Source of the DNA: Tubiluchus corallicola | Taxonomy: Eukaryota > Animalia > Priapulida | Length of the DNA: 64,000 bases | Assembly: GCA_030141605.1 (NCBI GenBank) | Contig: JAQGDQ010000764.1 | Location: forward strand, 1 to 64,000 | Direction of reading: 5' to 3' | In this document: positions 12,601-24,272 of the stretch, in pieces | Numbering within the stretch: the stretch's first letter is position 1 | Layout: every line of letters starts with the position of its first letter | Notes under the pieces: generated by a model | Told to the model about the DNA's origin: nothing | Database searches by the model: none | Seen by the model: the letters and a program-made list of their open reading frames with translations, nothing else | Made by a program: the position numbers and the translations under genes

Positions 12601-15600
12601 ATGAGAGGTACCTAGTAGCCTAACTTCCAGGCCACATGCTAGCATTCAACGACGAATCCTCTACTTGCATCATGTGTAGTCACGTGACTAGCGGAACGAA
12701 TATTGCAGTTTGCGTGTTGCAGTGTCGAAGTCCAATGCTGTAAGCATTCTAATGCTTCTATGTCCAATCAGCTTATTGTCAGGCCCGTGATAAGTAGCTA
12801 CAAATTAAATGAACAAGTTCACAGTCTTGCCGGTGCTGCATTGCCGGATACGTTGCCAGAAACAACCGAGTCTCAGCCAGAACGCACTGTCAGCTTGCAA
12901 ATGTCACATGGTATCTAATCCGCGAATCTGCGAGCGATTGTAACTCTTTGCTCACCGCCAATGAAGAGAATATTGTGAACGTTTCACCAGAAAACTTCAC
13001 TCTAGTCAAACATTGCAGGTTAGCCTAAACGCTGGCTTTCCTGCTTGACCATTCAGCAGTAAAACTAGGTCGACAACTATCTAGCCACACAGGTAAAACA
13101 CGCACAGGTAAAACTAGGCTGTGAATGAAGCCGGTTTTGCGAAAGCTCAAATGATGATGTGAAGGTCAGGCTAATCCCAGGTACCTAATTTAATTGTGCT
13201 GAAAGTAGTAAACAGCTAAATGTTACACCATAATTCAAAGCATTGCAAACGGGAATAAAAATAAAGTAAGTTTAGTCTCACCAAGACCATATTGAAACAA
13301 ACCTAAACAAACTAAGGCGAACTCAGGAATGTCAACTAATTTATTGCACTGGGTCGTTACAGTAATGATGTAAACAAAGTGACGGCTAACTAGCGGCCTG
13401 CTCGTGAAACAACGGACTGTGCCCGTAGTATGCGGGATTTTTGATGGACCAGATTTTGTCGGATTTTTCCGATATCTGTAAAAGCGTGGTCCATCAAACC
13501 GAGATATGAGTGCAGTGTCTTTCGACTAGTGTGTAAGAAACTTCATCCTGGTTTCCTTTCAAGCTTTCACAGTTATTGAAGAATGAATATCTAGAGTAAA
13601 GCAGATAGAGTAAAACTGTATCAGAAAATTTTGTGTTGGGCGCCGACTAACCCATTAGCCGAAGTAGGACAATTGGCGTACATGGGCTAGCCCAAGTAGG
13701 ACGGGTCGTAGAAATTGGTCGCTAATTGAGTCGTTAAGTGTACTGGCACCGTCCGTCGTCCTTGTTTATGGAATAATATTTAAAAACATCAATAGGCCTA
13801 CACATTGAATAATTTATTATACATCTGATAAAATAAAATAATTTTATTCTGAGTTAGAAAAATTAATATTTGCCAATATTAATCTTCTTTGAAGTGAAAT
13901 AAGCGCACTTTTAGGCGATTCCAACATTTGTTTAAGATATATCATTTTTTATTTTGTCGTGCTTCACAGACAGGTGATCCTTTTCACTCCCTCTTGGGAA
14001 AATAATTGTTTTCTACTAAGTAAACGGGTTAGCGAGTTATGTGCCCTACGTAGTTTCTCTCTTTAAAGTATTAGATACTTAGTTTAATGATATGATGATA
14101 TTAATGGAGCTAATAATAATGATGATATTGTAAAAAATACATTTGTAAATTGTCAAGGACTATCCATCATTATTATAAAGTTACTTTTTTTCTAAAACAA
14201 ATTTACTTTTATGTTTTAGTATATCATAAATCTCGATTCTCGACAGAAATCGCTAGTGTCCTACTTGGGCTGCCCGTGTACGACACTGCTCTTCCACAAA
14301 TTTAGCACACGCGTTTTGCCGGAAGTGTCCTACTTCGGCTAGTGGATTACTCAGCGCCCTACACTTTGTTTTTTCATTGTTTACTAAAAATCTTGATTGA
14401 GATATTATAAAGATATAATAACTGTTTGATGCAGATTGTAGATTTCTGATTTTGTTAAAGAGCAAAAAAAACTGACGCTAGTAAACAGGTAAAGTTGTGC
14501 TGGTGTTATTTTAATGCGAAACTTTTTGCAGCAGAAACACGTAATTATTGTGAATTTTTGTGCATTATTCTAAAATGTTGTCAGACCAAGTAGACATTAC
14601 TGAGTTTCTTTCTACTTTAGTAAAACAGACAGGTGTGATGGCAAAAACGTTTGTGTCTTTTGACATATTGTTATGAAACTAGAACCAGAATTTTTTTTTG
14701 ACACTTTTTACGTGGTTGAATTTTGAGTACCAAGATTCGCGACGGACATGATTTTTTTTTGAATACCCAGATTATGCTTTCACTGCGTCGGGATTTGGCA
14801 GCTTACGTTTTAAAACTCATATGATGTTACTAAAATCAAAATGTTTCTGAAAAAAATTCACGCAATATTGTTTATATGTTTTTAGATTCTGTAAAACAAG
14901 AAACATCACACAGTGAAATCAGCCAACTACAGATAGACGGCATTAGCAGTTTAATGATCTTCTGCAAATCTGAATCATTGAAAACGCAAGCTTTGAAAGA
15001 TGGCGCTCTTCGGCCAATTTTGGCTCTGTGTAATTTGCAGGTGTGGTTTTGAAAACTTACCTTGTAGTAGCATACAGTGTAGTAGCATACAGCGTAGCAC
15101 AGTAGCATAGCGTAGTAACTTAACGCAGTAGCGTAGCGTAGTAGCATGCAGCGTAGTAGCATAGCACAGTAGCATAGCATTGTAGCATAGCGTAGTAGCA
15201 TACAGTGCAGTAGCATAAGCATAGTAGCGTAGCGCAGTAGCATAGCATAGTAGCATTGTGTAGTAACTTAACGTAGTAGCATACAGCATAGTAACTTAAC
15301 ATAGTAGCATAGTGTAGTAGCATGCAGCATAGTAGCATAGCGCAGTAGCATAGCATAGTAGCATAGCGTTGTAGCATACAGTGTAGTAGATACAGCATAG
15401 TAGCGTAGTGTAGTAGCATACAGCTTACTAGCATAGCGTAGTAACTTAACGTAGTAGCATAATCTAGTAGCATACAGCATAGTAGCATAGTGCAGCAGCA
15501 TAGCATAGTAGCATAGTGTAGTAACTTAACGCAGTAGCGTTGCGTAGTAGCATACAGCGTAGTAGTATAGCGTAGTAGCATAGCACAGTAGCATAGCGTA

Positions 15601-18600
15601 GTAGCATACAGTGTAGTGGCATAAGCATAGTAGCATAGTGTAGTAACTTAACGTAGTAGCATACAGCTTAGTAGCGTAGCGTAGTAACTTAACATAGTAA
15701 CATAGTGTAGCAGCATACAGCATAGTAGCATACAGTATAGTAGCATACAGCATAGTAGCGTAGCGTAGTAGCATACAGCTTAGTAGCATAGCGTAGTAAC
15801 TTAACGTAGTAGCATAGTCGCATAGCGCAGCAGCATAGCATAGTAGCATAGCGTAGTAACTTAACATAATAGCGTAGCATAGTAGTGTACAGTGTAGTAG
15901 CATAGCGTAGTAGCGTAGCACAGTAGCATAACATAGTAGTATAGTGTAGTAGCCTACAGTGTTGTAGCATAGCATACTACCTTAGATGCAGCTAACTGGA
16001 CGCACAAGAAAAAAACCGCGCAGTTTCACTGTGAAATGAACTTTCTTGCCACATGGGATTTCGAGAAAAATCGAGAATTTTCGGAAAATTTTCTGATTTT
16101 CTGGCAGCAATTCTGTGCATCAGTTTTCCTTTCGTCCTTGCTGCGAAGTGAGCCTTACTTTATCAAAAAGTAATTTTTTTGCGACATTGCATTTAATGTT
16201 AGACATTCTATTCTGTTTATCAGTTTTTTTCTCTCTTTAGGAAGCTGTAGCATTGTTGGCGATACGAACATTAACGCTCATTCTAGAGAGAAGAGAAAAC
16301 TTGGAAATGGTTTTAGATAATACGTCCAATACTGTGCAAAGCATAATAGCTTTAATGAAATCAAGAGATGAGCAGGTCAGTAAATTATTTTTCTCTAACG
16401 TGCAGACGTAATATAAGTGCGTGCGTGCGTCAGGAGCAGGACAAGTATGCTAACTAGGCTATAGCCTAGGCCGCCAATTATGATCATTTTAAGACAAAAC
16501 AAAGTAAATTTTGGAATGTCGTACGTTGATTTACAATAAATCAGGTAGAGACACTTTAAATAACTGCTTTAAAAATTATGTAAACATTTACTGAGGCTTC
16601 TGTAAGCGTGTTTAGTGAGGTTCGACGTAACTTACAACTTCACGGGTAAATTCACATTGGTGCTGCCACCTACATGTTAAAGTCAGAAACTGACCTTAGC
16701 AATGCATTTATTTGTGAAATTAATTAACCTTTATGTTACAGATGCAAGAAGCTGCACTGAAGGTCTTGTGTTATCTTTCTCTGGGGACAAAATGGCACAG
16801 ACACTCAATCATACAAGAGGATTATACCAGTGGCAAGCACCTTGCAGAGGTGAAAGATTCTTCTAAATGTAATGACCTGGTCTTATTTTTGTTTAACATA
16901 GAATCAGAAAATTCTAAGCTCAGGCATATGCTTTTCCTAGAAGCAGTATTCCATTAAAAATAGGTTCCAATGTTTCTGTCAGTCGGCTTCTTAGGTTCAG
17001 GAAGATTCCTTCTACTAAAGAGAAGTTCCTATTAAGAGCACTCAGCTTGATCAAGATTGTTTGAAATCAGCGATTGTTGAAGCTAGTGTGTTTGGGTTTT
17101 ATGGTAACAAACAAATTCATCAAGTATTGCTTAGTATAATATTCTATTGTTTGTGCACCATCATCACAGCACATGCCCCTTCGTCATTTTACTTCATACT
17201 GACATGCATTGAGACGCCAGTTCCCAAAATTATACATTTCATCTGGAATGAAATGCAAATTCTTTTAATAAACTAATTGATTTCTAATCAAAATGTCTAT
17301 TACCATTATGCGAAATTAGTCCGAGACTTTCAGTATATAACCAAATAAAATTAAGCAAAATATATATACATGTTTGGCATCAAATCGTGAGTTACACAGA
17401 AAACACGTCATCACTGCTTTGAACACATTGAAACTTCAATGACAGGTATTTAAAACTAGGTTGCTAATATTAAAGCCAGATGTCACCACCTTACAAGTAA
17501 GAACAGGTAAGTTAACTTAATCTAATCAAAACGCACATTTAACTGTTATTAGTTATATTATAAGAACAAACTATTTTGGTTATTTAACAAACAAAAATCC
17601 TTAACATAGTGACTGTACATTTTTTGAGATAATCATGATGTGCCGTACAAGTTTGGATGGATTTCAGCTAAATAGATTTCCATTGAACTTTATCGGATTT
17701 AGTTTGAATTTCATGGAGTGGTTACTGGAGTGGTTCGTGGAGTGGAATTTCATATACAAGGTTGATTTATCTTATAGGCTAGTATAGGCCGTACCCTAGG
17801 GCCCCTCAAGCTTGGGAGGCCTGCAAGCTTTGGTAACATCTGCTTTTTCAGTGTTGTTGTGCTATGTGCTATATGTTGATATACGTGCTAATTTGTTTTG
17901 CAATAAATAACAAAGTAGTTGTATTGCTTAAAGAATATTTTTATTGACAAACAAAAGGTAGCTATTCTTGCTTATTTAAAAAATTTGCTACAAGTTTACT
18001 TCAAGCTATGCAAGTGTCGCTAAAATATATCAGAAGTAAAATATATTCATAACGGATGCTGGAGAGTTAGCGGTGACCCCTTCTGAGGGTCTCATAATTT
18101 CTTTAGCTGAGGGCCCCAAAACATCATAATTTGGCTCTGCTTATTCATCAACGAGTAGCGATATTGTTATGGTGATTATAGTTTGCATGTTTGAGTGGTT
18201 TGTTTTGGAAGAAATGTTCAGCTTTCGTGATTATTTATGCAATACTGTGCAACTGGTCAGAGGGAAAATGGCCGCCATCCATATCATGGTCACATTCCTC
18301 CTGATGGTTCTTGGCGTGGCATAAATGATATGTCTGCTATTTTTTCTGATTTTTTTTAAATACAGATTGTTGAGTTGCTGATATGTTGTTACTTAAGTGA
18401 ATAATCCAGGCATGTTGCATTTTCTTGTTGAACTGCAATGCATATTGTACGTGGTGGCTACATACTAGGTTTGTTTTGATGGCTGACATCAATGTATATT
18501 GAATTACACAGTGAACAATACATGTGTATCTGCCTTCTAAAAATCAAGTCACTTTTCTAAGAAGTAAAATCTCCATACATCGTTAACAATTAGGATGGCC

Positions 18601-21600
18601 TCATTTTACTATGATTCGTAGTTTTCTCGTTATTAAAATGTATATGTCAATCCAAAACACGCTCACAACATTATATATCGTATATTTTTGATTTTTTTCA
18701 GATATTGACATCAAAACCAAAGAATAGACAGGTGCTATGCAATGCAGCATGTCTTGCTGCTAACCTTGCTACAAGCGTTGATGATCAGGTAAGAACTATT
18801 GCTACTATATGTGCTTTCCGTATTAAAAATTCATTTACTGTGTGTTGTTGGCATCCTTCTGTCTCGGAAGATAATGGAGTGCGCACCAAGAGAGTCAGTT
18901 ATTGATCACATTGATGGAGCTGCAGCGTCGACTGTCGTTGAACCACTGGAGTGGCCTCTCCAGGGTGCATGCCTGGGCAAGGTGTATGGATATCCTGAGT
19001 TGCCCAGACAACAGGAACCCCCTCTCTTCCTTCCTGGTGTAGTCCAAAGGAAAGCGGAGCGATATGTTTGGCATCAGGTTGGCTGCAGGAGCGGCCGGAG
19101 TCGGTGACCATGCTGCACTGGTCCGCCTTCGTGGCTCCACTCCTGATTTGGAAGGTTTACTCTTCTACACATGGCCGTTGGGTCACTTGACCTCCTCCGC
19201 CCTCTAGCCGTTGGCTGCTTGTGCAGCGCCTTCGCCTAGTGCCGAGATACAGTGTGGGCATCCGCAAGCCTACAGCACCTGGTATTCCTAGGCAGGTCAC
19301 CCATCCAAGTACTAACCAGGCTCTACGCTGCTTAACTTCAGTGATCAGACGAGAACCGGTGTTTTCAACATGATTTGGCCGTAGTAACTGTTTAAAATAC
19401 ATTGTACTTTTCTGCTAATTTCAGTACATAGTTAAACTTGATTTTACAGGCAAGCTTGCAAGAAATTTTGAGTTGCATGTGTGATTTGCTATTATGCGAA
19501 CCTCACGAATCCGAAGTACAGGTCCACACCAGTCGAGCCATAGCAAATTTTGCCAGTTGCAGAGGCAACAGTGGAAAATTGGTAACTATACGCAGTATAT
19601 ATTCATCATACAATATGCACTCTTCATGGTTAATTGAATCAGTTGCCTGATTGACTCAAAAACACTTGGTACGGGCCACTTCTATTCAAATGTATATAAA
19701 AACTCGAATTATCAGTGGCGGAATGGCCCGCTGGGACCTGAGAAATTTCCAGTTGGGCCATAAAGTGGTGGACCATCACTTTAGAAAAAACTGAAAAAAG
19801 TAAGAACTGAAAAAAAGAAAAATCTTGCGTAAGTTCAGGGAAAATTTAAGTAACACTGCTTTGATGCTATAAATCTTTCAGTAGATAATAAATATCCCCA
19901 CTTCCTTGTTGGATGAAAGTTTCCCATTTTTGAGGATATTTTTTTTAATTTCGTTTTAGCTTATGGGATATTAAGTACATTATAAGAAATATTCCTTTAG
20001 TAACTTACAATTTGAGGCATCAAGTAAAAGTGGAAAATATTGTTATTACATCATGAAAAATAGCTATATCTATACATTGCCCACTACAGATTATTCGACA
20101 TAACAGCAATATAAGATCTGCAATGAAATTATGTATTGCAAAAACGAGGAATGGGGGTTTCGTTTTCATTTTTGTTGTTGTCGTTAATATAGTATGCGCA
20201 CAGTAGGAATTTTGGACAATTACCAGGTGGCTCATTTACCACGTACAACATGGAAAACTCCCACTAAAACAATATGCAGTCCTTTTGACTGGGCCCTTTT
20301 ACAAGTTTTCCTGGTAGAAATTTTAGACCCAGTCTGCCACTGCGAATAACTCTACATAATTGACTCCATATTTTTCCTGAACATGCTTAAAGTAAAACAA
20401 AATTATTTTATATCTGTGAAGAAAGTGTGTATGTCATCACTTCACTATAATGTACATAGAAACAATCATATTAAGTGCAATGTTATTTGTAAGCAGACGT
20501 GTTAGTCTCCAGTTAATATGTTAGCATAATGCTCTTGCTTTGAATCTGTCATCCATTCGTTTTCCATAATTAACCTCGTTGTCTCTAAAAGCTAAATATA
20601 ATCACTTGCCCGGTGGTTTGCTTTTGAAGCTTTCATTGGACTGGGAAATTTAGGCAACAACCATCCTTAAACCATGCTTGTAGATGGTAAAGGCTTCCAC
20701 AACTTAAATTAATTTATAATTATCAATTTTTATCAATTATGCAGATGTACTACTTGCCCAATATTGTGGACACTTATGTAAAATCCCAAAATGAAACCAT
20801 TCGTAACAATGGAATTCGAGCAATTTTGCTTTTGCTGCAGCATGATCCAGGGGAAACAACCCGGCTTTTGCTTACGTAAGTGTTTAAAGCTTCAAGTCTT
20901 GCTAGTTTCTCTTTTAGAAATACATGTATATTTTGTAATGTTATGATCGTGTCAGTCATTTATGTACATTGCAACTTAGTAACTGTTTAGTCATATGATA
21001 AGTGCTTGATATTTTTTATGACAGGCACTAAAACATTTATAGTTAAAACACCACAATTTTATTAAAACTTTTAATTTACGTAGTTAAAAAATCATGTCAA
21101 CGTTTTGACAGAGCCACTGCTGTCATCATCAGTGGTAGATTTTTACAAACATACAACCAGTTGATATGGGCAGAGCCTACAGTATAGAACATCATGCACT
21201 AATTATGCATTTAACAGAAGCAAAATAGGTAATAAATAAGACTATAACGACTATATTTGTGCCTCTGGCCACAACATTGATTTTTATAATTTCAGCATTG
21301 TGACTAAAGTTACAAATAACTGGGACTTAATAAAAGAAAGTTTATCTATATTCCCTAATAAGCCTTCTCTTAATGTGCAAAGCAGTTCTGTTCCTTTAAC
21401 TTTATTCTCAAACACTTAGCTATTTGTTACTGTATAAATTTCTTTTCTACATGTCTGCTTAATCATTACCTATTTGGCTTTTTGTGAATACGTAATTAGT
21501 GCATAATTTACTGTATCAATTTCTTTTCTATAGGACTACTTATTTTCTTCAGTGAAAGCAGATCTTGCGTATGTTACATAACTTTAGAAGTTCATTTCGG

Positions 21601-22991
21601 ACAGTTTACAAGCCATTTTCATCCAGTTTCAGCTGCAATGAAATTGTGTTGCATTCTTAATAACAATGGTGTTTCACACCTAACCCGAATCTATTCTATA
21701 CAGTCATATCTCATTATAATACCGCCTTCATAATCAGAGGCGTATTAACCAACAGACTAACTAGGCTATAGCCTAAGCCGCTAAAGTTTGAGGGCATCAT
21801 ATTTTAGAAAAAGTTCTCATCCTCCTCGGAAAATGTGTATACTTTCATATTCATGTGAAGGCTGCATTTTGTAACACACCACAAGTAATGGTTTATTATG
21901 CTCATCACATAAACAATCATAAATTCATAATAGTGATGGGTGGGACTGAACTATCAGCCTAAGGCATCGTAAAGTCTTCACACACCTCTGTTTCTAATGC
22001 CAACTTCACTTAACGCCCAAATTTTTACTAGGCAAAGTATTTTTAACGAAACATAGACATGTATCTATTAATGTACCTTGTTATACCCTGAATACCGCTG
22101 TTTATATCTACAAAACCAAACATAAACTTCTCCCGCTTTCTTTTTAAACCCATTATCTATTAACGTAAGACATTACTCAATATCTTGTTAAGTATTGCAG
22201 GACTGACGCGGCAAGGCACTTCATCACTAACACTGGCCCTAGACTTTGGAATAACATCAACGAATACATAAAAAATTCTTTATCTATAAATAACTTCAAA
22301 AGAAATCTTAAAAGTGAAATCTTTTCTAATTAGACAGAATAAATCAATTTGCTTAATTACGCTGCTGTCCCTGTCGGAATCCTTTGCGTTGCTGGCTTGT
22401 CAACTTTTACATTTCTATAGTTCACGTTACTTCATACAGATACCATCACATCTTTCTCTTTCTTTCTATTCTCTATTAACCTTTCTTTACTGCTCTTTTC
22501 TACTACACTCAATCCACATTCATATGGGGTACTCTAAACAAGTAATTACTTCTTGAGTACCCCATGGGTCATTTGCAGCTTGGCATCTTGTGTACATAAT
22601 AATAAATATGTTATTAAATTCCTTTATGTGCACTGCTGTAATGATCGTTGTAGATATATTTAATAAATAAATAAATAAATAATACCAAACTTGCTATAAT
22701 GCCAACTTTTGTGCAGTCCCAAAGTAGGAGAAATAATAAAGAGGTTTGACTGTATTAGCCCATTTCCAAAATTTCAAATGATTATTTGCTCAAAATACAT
22801 CACTCTAACGTAACTAGCAAAATATTTTTACAATAATATTGTTAATCTTTTCATTATAATCACGAGAAATTGGTTTTTCCAGAGATGGAGCCGCTGAAGT
22901 TTTGACGTCCCTTCCCAAGATTCCTGGTTTACTTGACTCTGTTGCATCTACGATACTTGCCATTTCACCCAATATCATCAGGCCTTCATAG
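6650..22991 (+). CDS. FYVE zinc-finger plus armadillo-like repeat protein (~430 aa, 11 exons)
   Basis: Exons 6650-6765, 8523-8646, 9746-9844, 10314-10379, 11775-11960, 16241-16375, 16742-16849, 18702-18788, 19450-19581, 20745-20875, 22883-22991 join in frame (1293 nt). FYVE signature: WIED...CPLC..KF..IRRRHHCRQCGRVLCSKC...ERVCEDC. ARM-like helices follow (VVELGGVQTII, MQEAALKVLCYLS, VLCNAACLAANLA, EVQVHTSRAIANFA). The exon 5 donor choice is somewhat uncertain. Confidence 0.85.
7044..7520 (+). mobile_element. pogo/Tigger-like (Tc1-mariner) non-autonomous element, left part
   Basis: TA followed by TIR CAGTAGGCGCTGCTTAATAGACTCAC. The internal segment is similar to 8720-8960 and 20450-20640. Confidence 0.7.
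8720..9291 (+). mobile_element. Same pogo/Tigger-like family, internal part plus right TIR
   Basis: Ends GTGAGTCTATTAAACGGCGCCTACTG followed by TA, the reverse complement of the 7044 TIR with 2 mismatches. Contains an internal ~60-bp duplication (9034 and 9125). Confidence 0.7.
10944..11035. repeat. 92-bp near-perfect palindrome (hairpin / miniature inverted repeat)
   Basis: AATCCTGCTTATTCAATCTAAGGATAAAGTGATGAGGAT pairs with ATCCTCATCAGTTTGTCCTTAGACTGAATAAGCAGGATT, with about 3-4 mismatches and a short loop. Confidence 0.9.
12053..13596. mobile_element. Short-TIR DNA element interrupted by a solo LTR
   Basis: Ends CTCAAGACATTC ... GAATATCTAGAG are imperfect inverted repeats (10/12). Confidence 0.4.
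12112..13361. mobile_element. Probable solo LTR (~1250 bp)
   Basis: TGTTAC...GTTACA termini flanked by an exact 5-bp direct repeat GTAAT (12107-12111 and 13362-13366). No internal coding sequence. Confidence 0.65.
13634..14363 (+). mobile_element. ~730-bp MITE with ~40-bp imperfect TIRs; inverted copy at 60433-61227
   Basis: Left end TGTTGGGCGCCGACTAACCCATTAGCCGAAGTAGGACA versus right end TGTCCTACTTCGGCTAGTGGATTACTCAGCGCCCTACA. Subterminal AAGTAGGAC/GTCCTACTT repeats. The whole interior matches 60433-61227 in reverse. Confidence 0.85.
15063..15975. repeat. Degenerate (TAGCA/TAGCG/TAG)n satellite, ~900 bp, with recurring GTAGTAACTTAAC spacer
   Basis: Directly visible; it generates the spurious YATML/CY-rich ORFs. 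Confidence 0.95.
18843..19386 (-). mobile_element. 5S rRNA-derived SINE (SINE3-type), longer copy
   Basis: Minus strand begins CTACGGCCAAATCATGTTGAAAACACCGGTTCTCGTCTGATCACTGAAGTTAAGCAG...GGAATACCAGGTGCTGTAGGCTT (5S rRNA), continues into a ~420-bp GC-rich body shared with 32989-33477 and ends GATGCCAACAAC. Confidence 0.9.
19593..20640 (+). mobile_element. Degenerate copy of the 7044-type pogo-like element, split by a nested MITE
   Basis: ttgactcaaaaacacttggtacgggcc...ttcaaatgta matches ~7093-7137; tacatagaaacaatcat.ttaagt matches ~7282-7306. Confidence 0.6.
19713..20342. mobile_element. hAT-like MITE nested in the pogo-like copy
   Basis: TIRs CAGTGGCGGAATGG / CCAGTCTGCCACTG; degenerate 8-bp TSD cgaattat/cgaataac. 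Confidence 0.6.
21701..22752 (-). mobile_element. Tigger/pogo-like element (TA-flanked CAGTCA...TGACTG) with nested insertions; same family as 51247-52090
   Basis: TA|CAGTCATATCTCATTATAA ... AATAAAGAGGTTTGACTG|TA. The reverse complement of the right end matches the start of 51247. Confidence 0.6.
22196..22683 (+). mobile_element. 3' fragment of a CR1/L2-group LINE with (TAAA)n tail
   Basis: Translates as CRTDAARHFITNTGPRLWNNINEYIKNSLSINNFKRNLKSEI, typical of the C-terminus of CR1/L2-group ORF2, followed by a UTR and a TAAA tail. Confidence 0.7.
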
Positions 22992-24072
22992 CAGACATTT
23001 GTAGCTGCCATAGTCTTGCTCATAATGCTTTTTATTAGTAAAATTATGATTTATACATGTACATACATACATATTATATATATATATATACATTGCGATA
23101 AATTTTGCTGTTGACCACCAGATTAGATCTGATTGTAGATTTTATATTAGCTGTGATGGATCTGAAAAATTTGCTTTTTGTACACGTGTACTTTTTGATA
23201 TATTTCTTTATAATGAATGATTTTTAGTTAATAGTTATCAAATGATGTGTGCGACTTTTACGTTTATTTTTGTCTCTTTGAAATTCTCAATTACAATGCT
23301 ACAAGATTTGACACTTTGGCCATATCCACATGACTACTTCTTAGTAGCAGTGGGTTTATCTAAAAAAACTTTACTTGTAATTATGGTGTTTTCTCAAGGT
23401 AATTTTATGAAACTAACAAAGCTTATACTTGTGACAACTGACAAGATTCTTCAGTTAGCGAGTGTCTTATCAAAAGTTAAACTTTGAGAAGTCGTTTTGT
23501 TTTGAAGTTATCTCTTCCACATCGCAGAGTCATCATACTATTTTGGTAAAGATACAATCCAGGTTTGATGATAGCACCCACCGAGATATTTAAAATGTTT
23601 AACTCACCGAGATATTCAAAATGATTTTTAACTCAGCACGAACCTAGTGCCCCCTGTCCCGTATGTATTAAACAAAAAATGTATGAAAGTAAAAATAAAG
23701 TTGGCATCATACAGTATCATTGACACTAATTAATTATTAATGTGCATTCCAACTTTTTCACATTTCCCTGTCTTTTAAGTTTGGTATTAAAATTTAAATT
23801 ATTTTGGGTTTGTAACATCGTCGGTTGACGCCTAACCATCTTTATGTGATATTAATTTTTTGGCATCCTGTTGTTGCTGCTGTTAATCTATGTGTCACAT
23901 TTGAAGTCATGGCAGTTGTCCGATTAATCATGACAGTTTACATTTTTAAAAACTAAAATATTCTCCCGAGTAACATGGCAGAGAAAGACCCTTGCATTGT
24001 TACTTACAAAACTAATGTTTGCTTATACTGTTTGTTACTCGGACTAAGAATTTTTTACATTTAAACTAAAAA

Positions 24073-24272
24073 AACTAAACTAAACTGAACTTATCTCATT
24101 GAATTTTATTGTTTATATAAATTATTTTTTAACAAAAAATAAAACCAAACTAAACAGAACATAACTCATTGAATTTTATTGTTAATATAAATTATTATTT
24201 TTTAACAAAAAATAAAAAATAAAACCAAACTAAATTGAATGTATCTGTGAATTTTATTGTTTATACAAATTA
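24073..24272. repeat. Three diverged ~70-80-bp tandem copies
   Basis: aaactaaa..gaa...a.ct..t.gaattttattgtt.ata.aaattat recurs three times. Confidence 0.75.

Noticed and set aside
14872-15975. Several 77-153-aa ORFs rich in YATML/CY
   Set aside because: Translations of the TAGCA satellite, open in multiple overlapping frames.
18799-19402. ORFs shared with 33083-33416 (e.g. EPRRRTSAA...LRFPLDYTR)
   Set aside because: The similarity is just the shared SINE body; no protein motif recognised.
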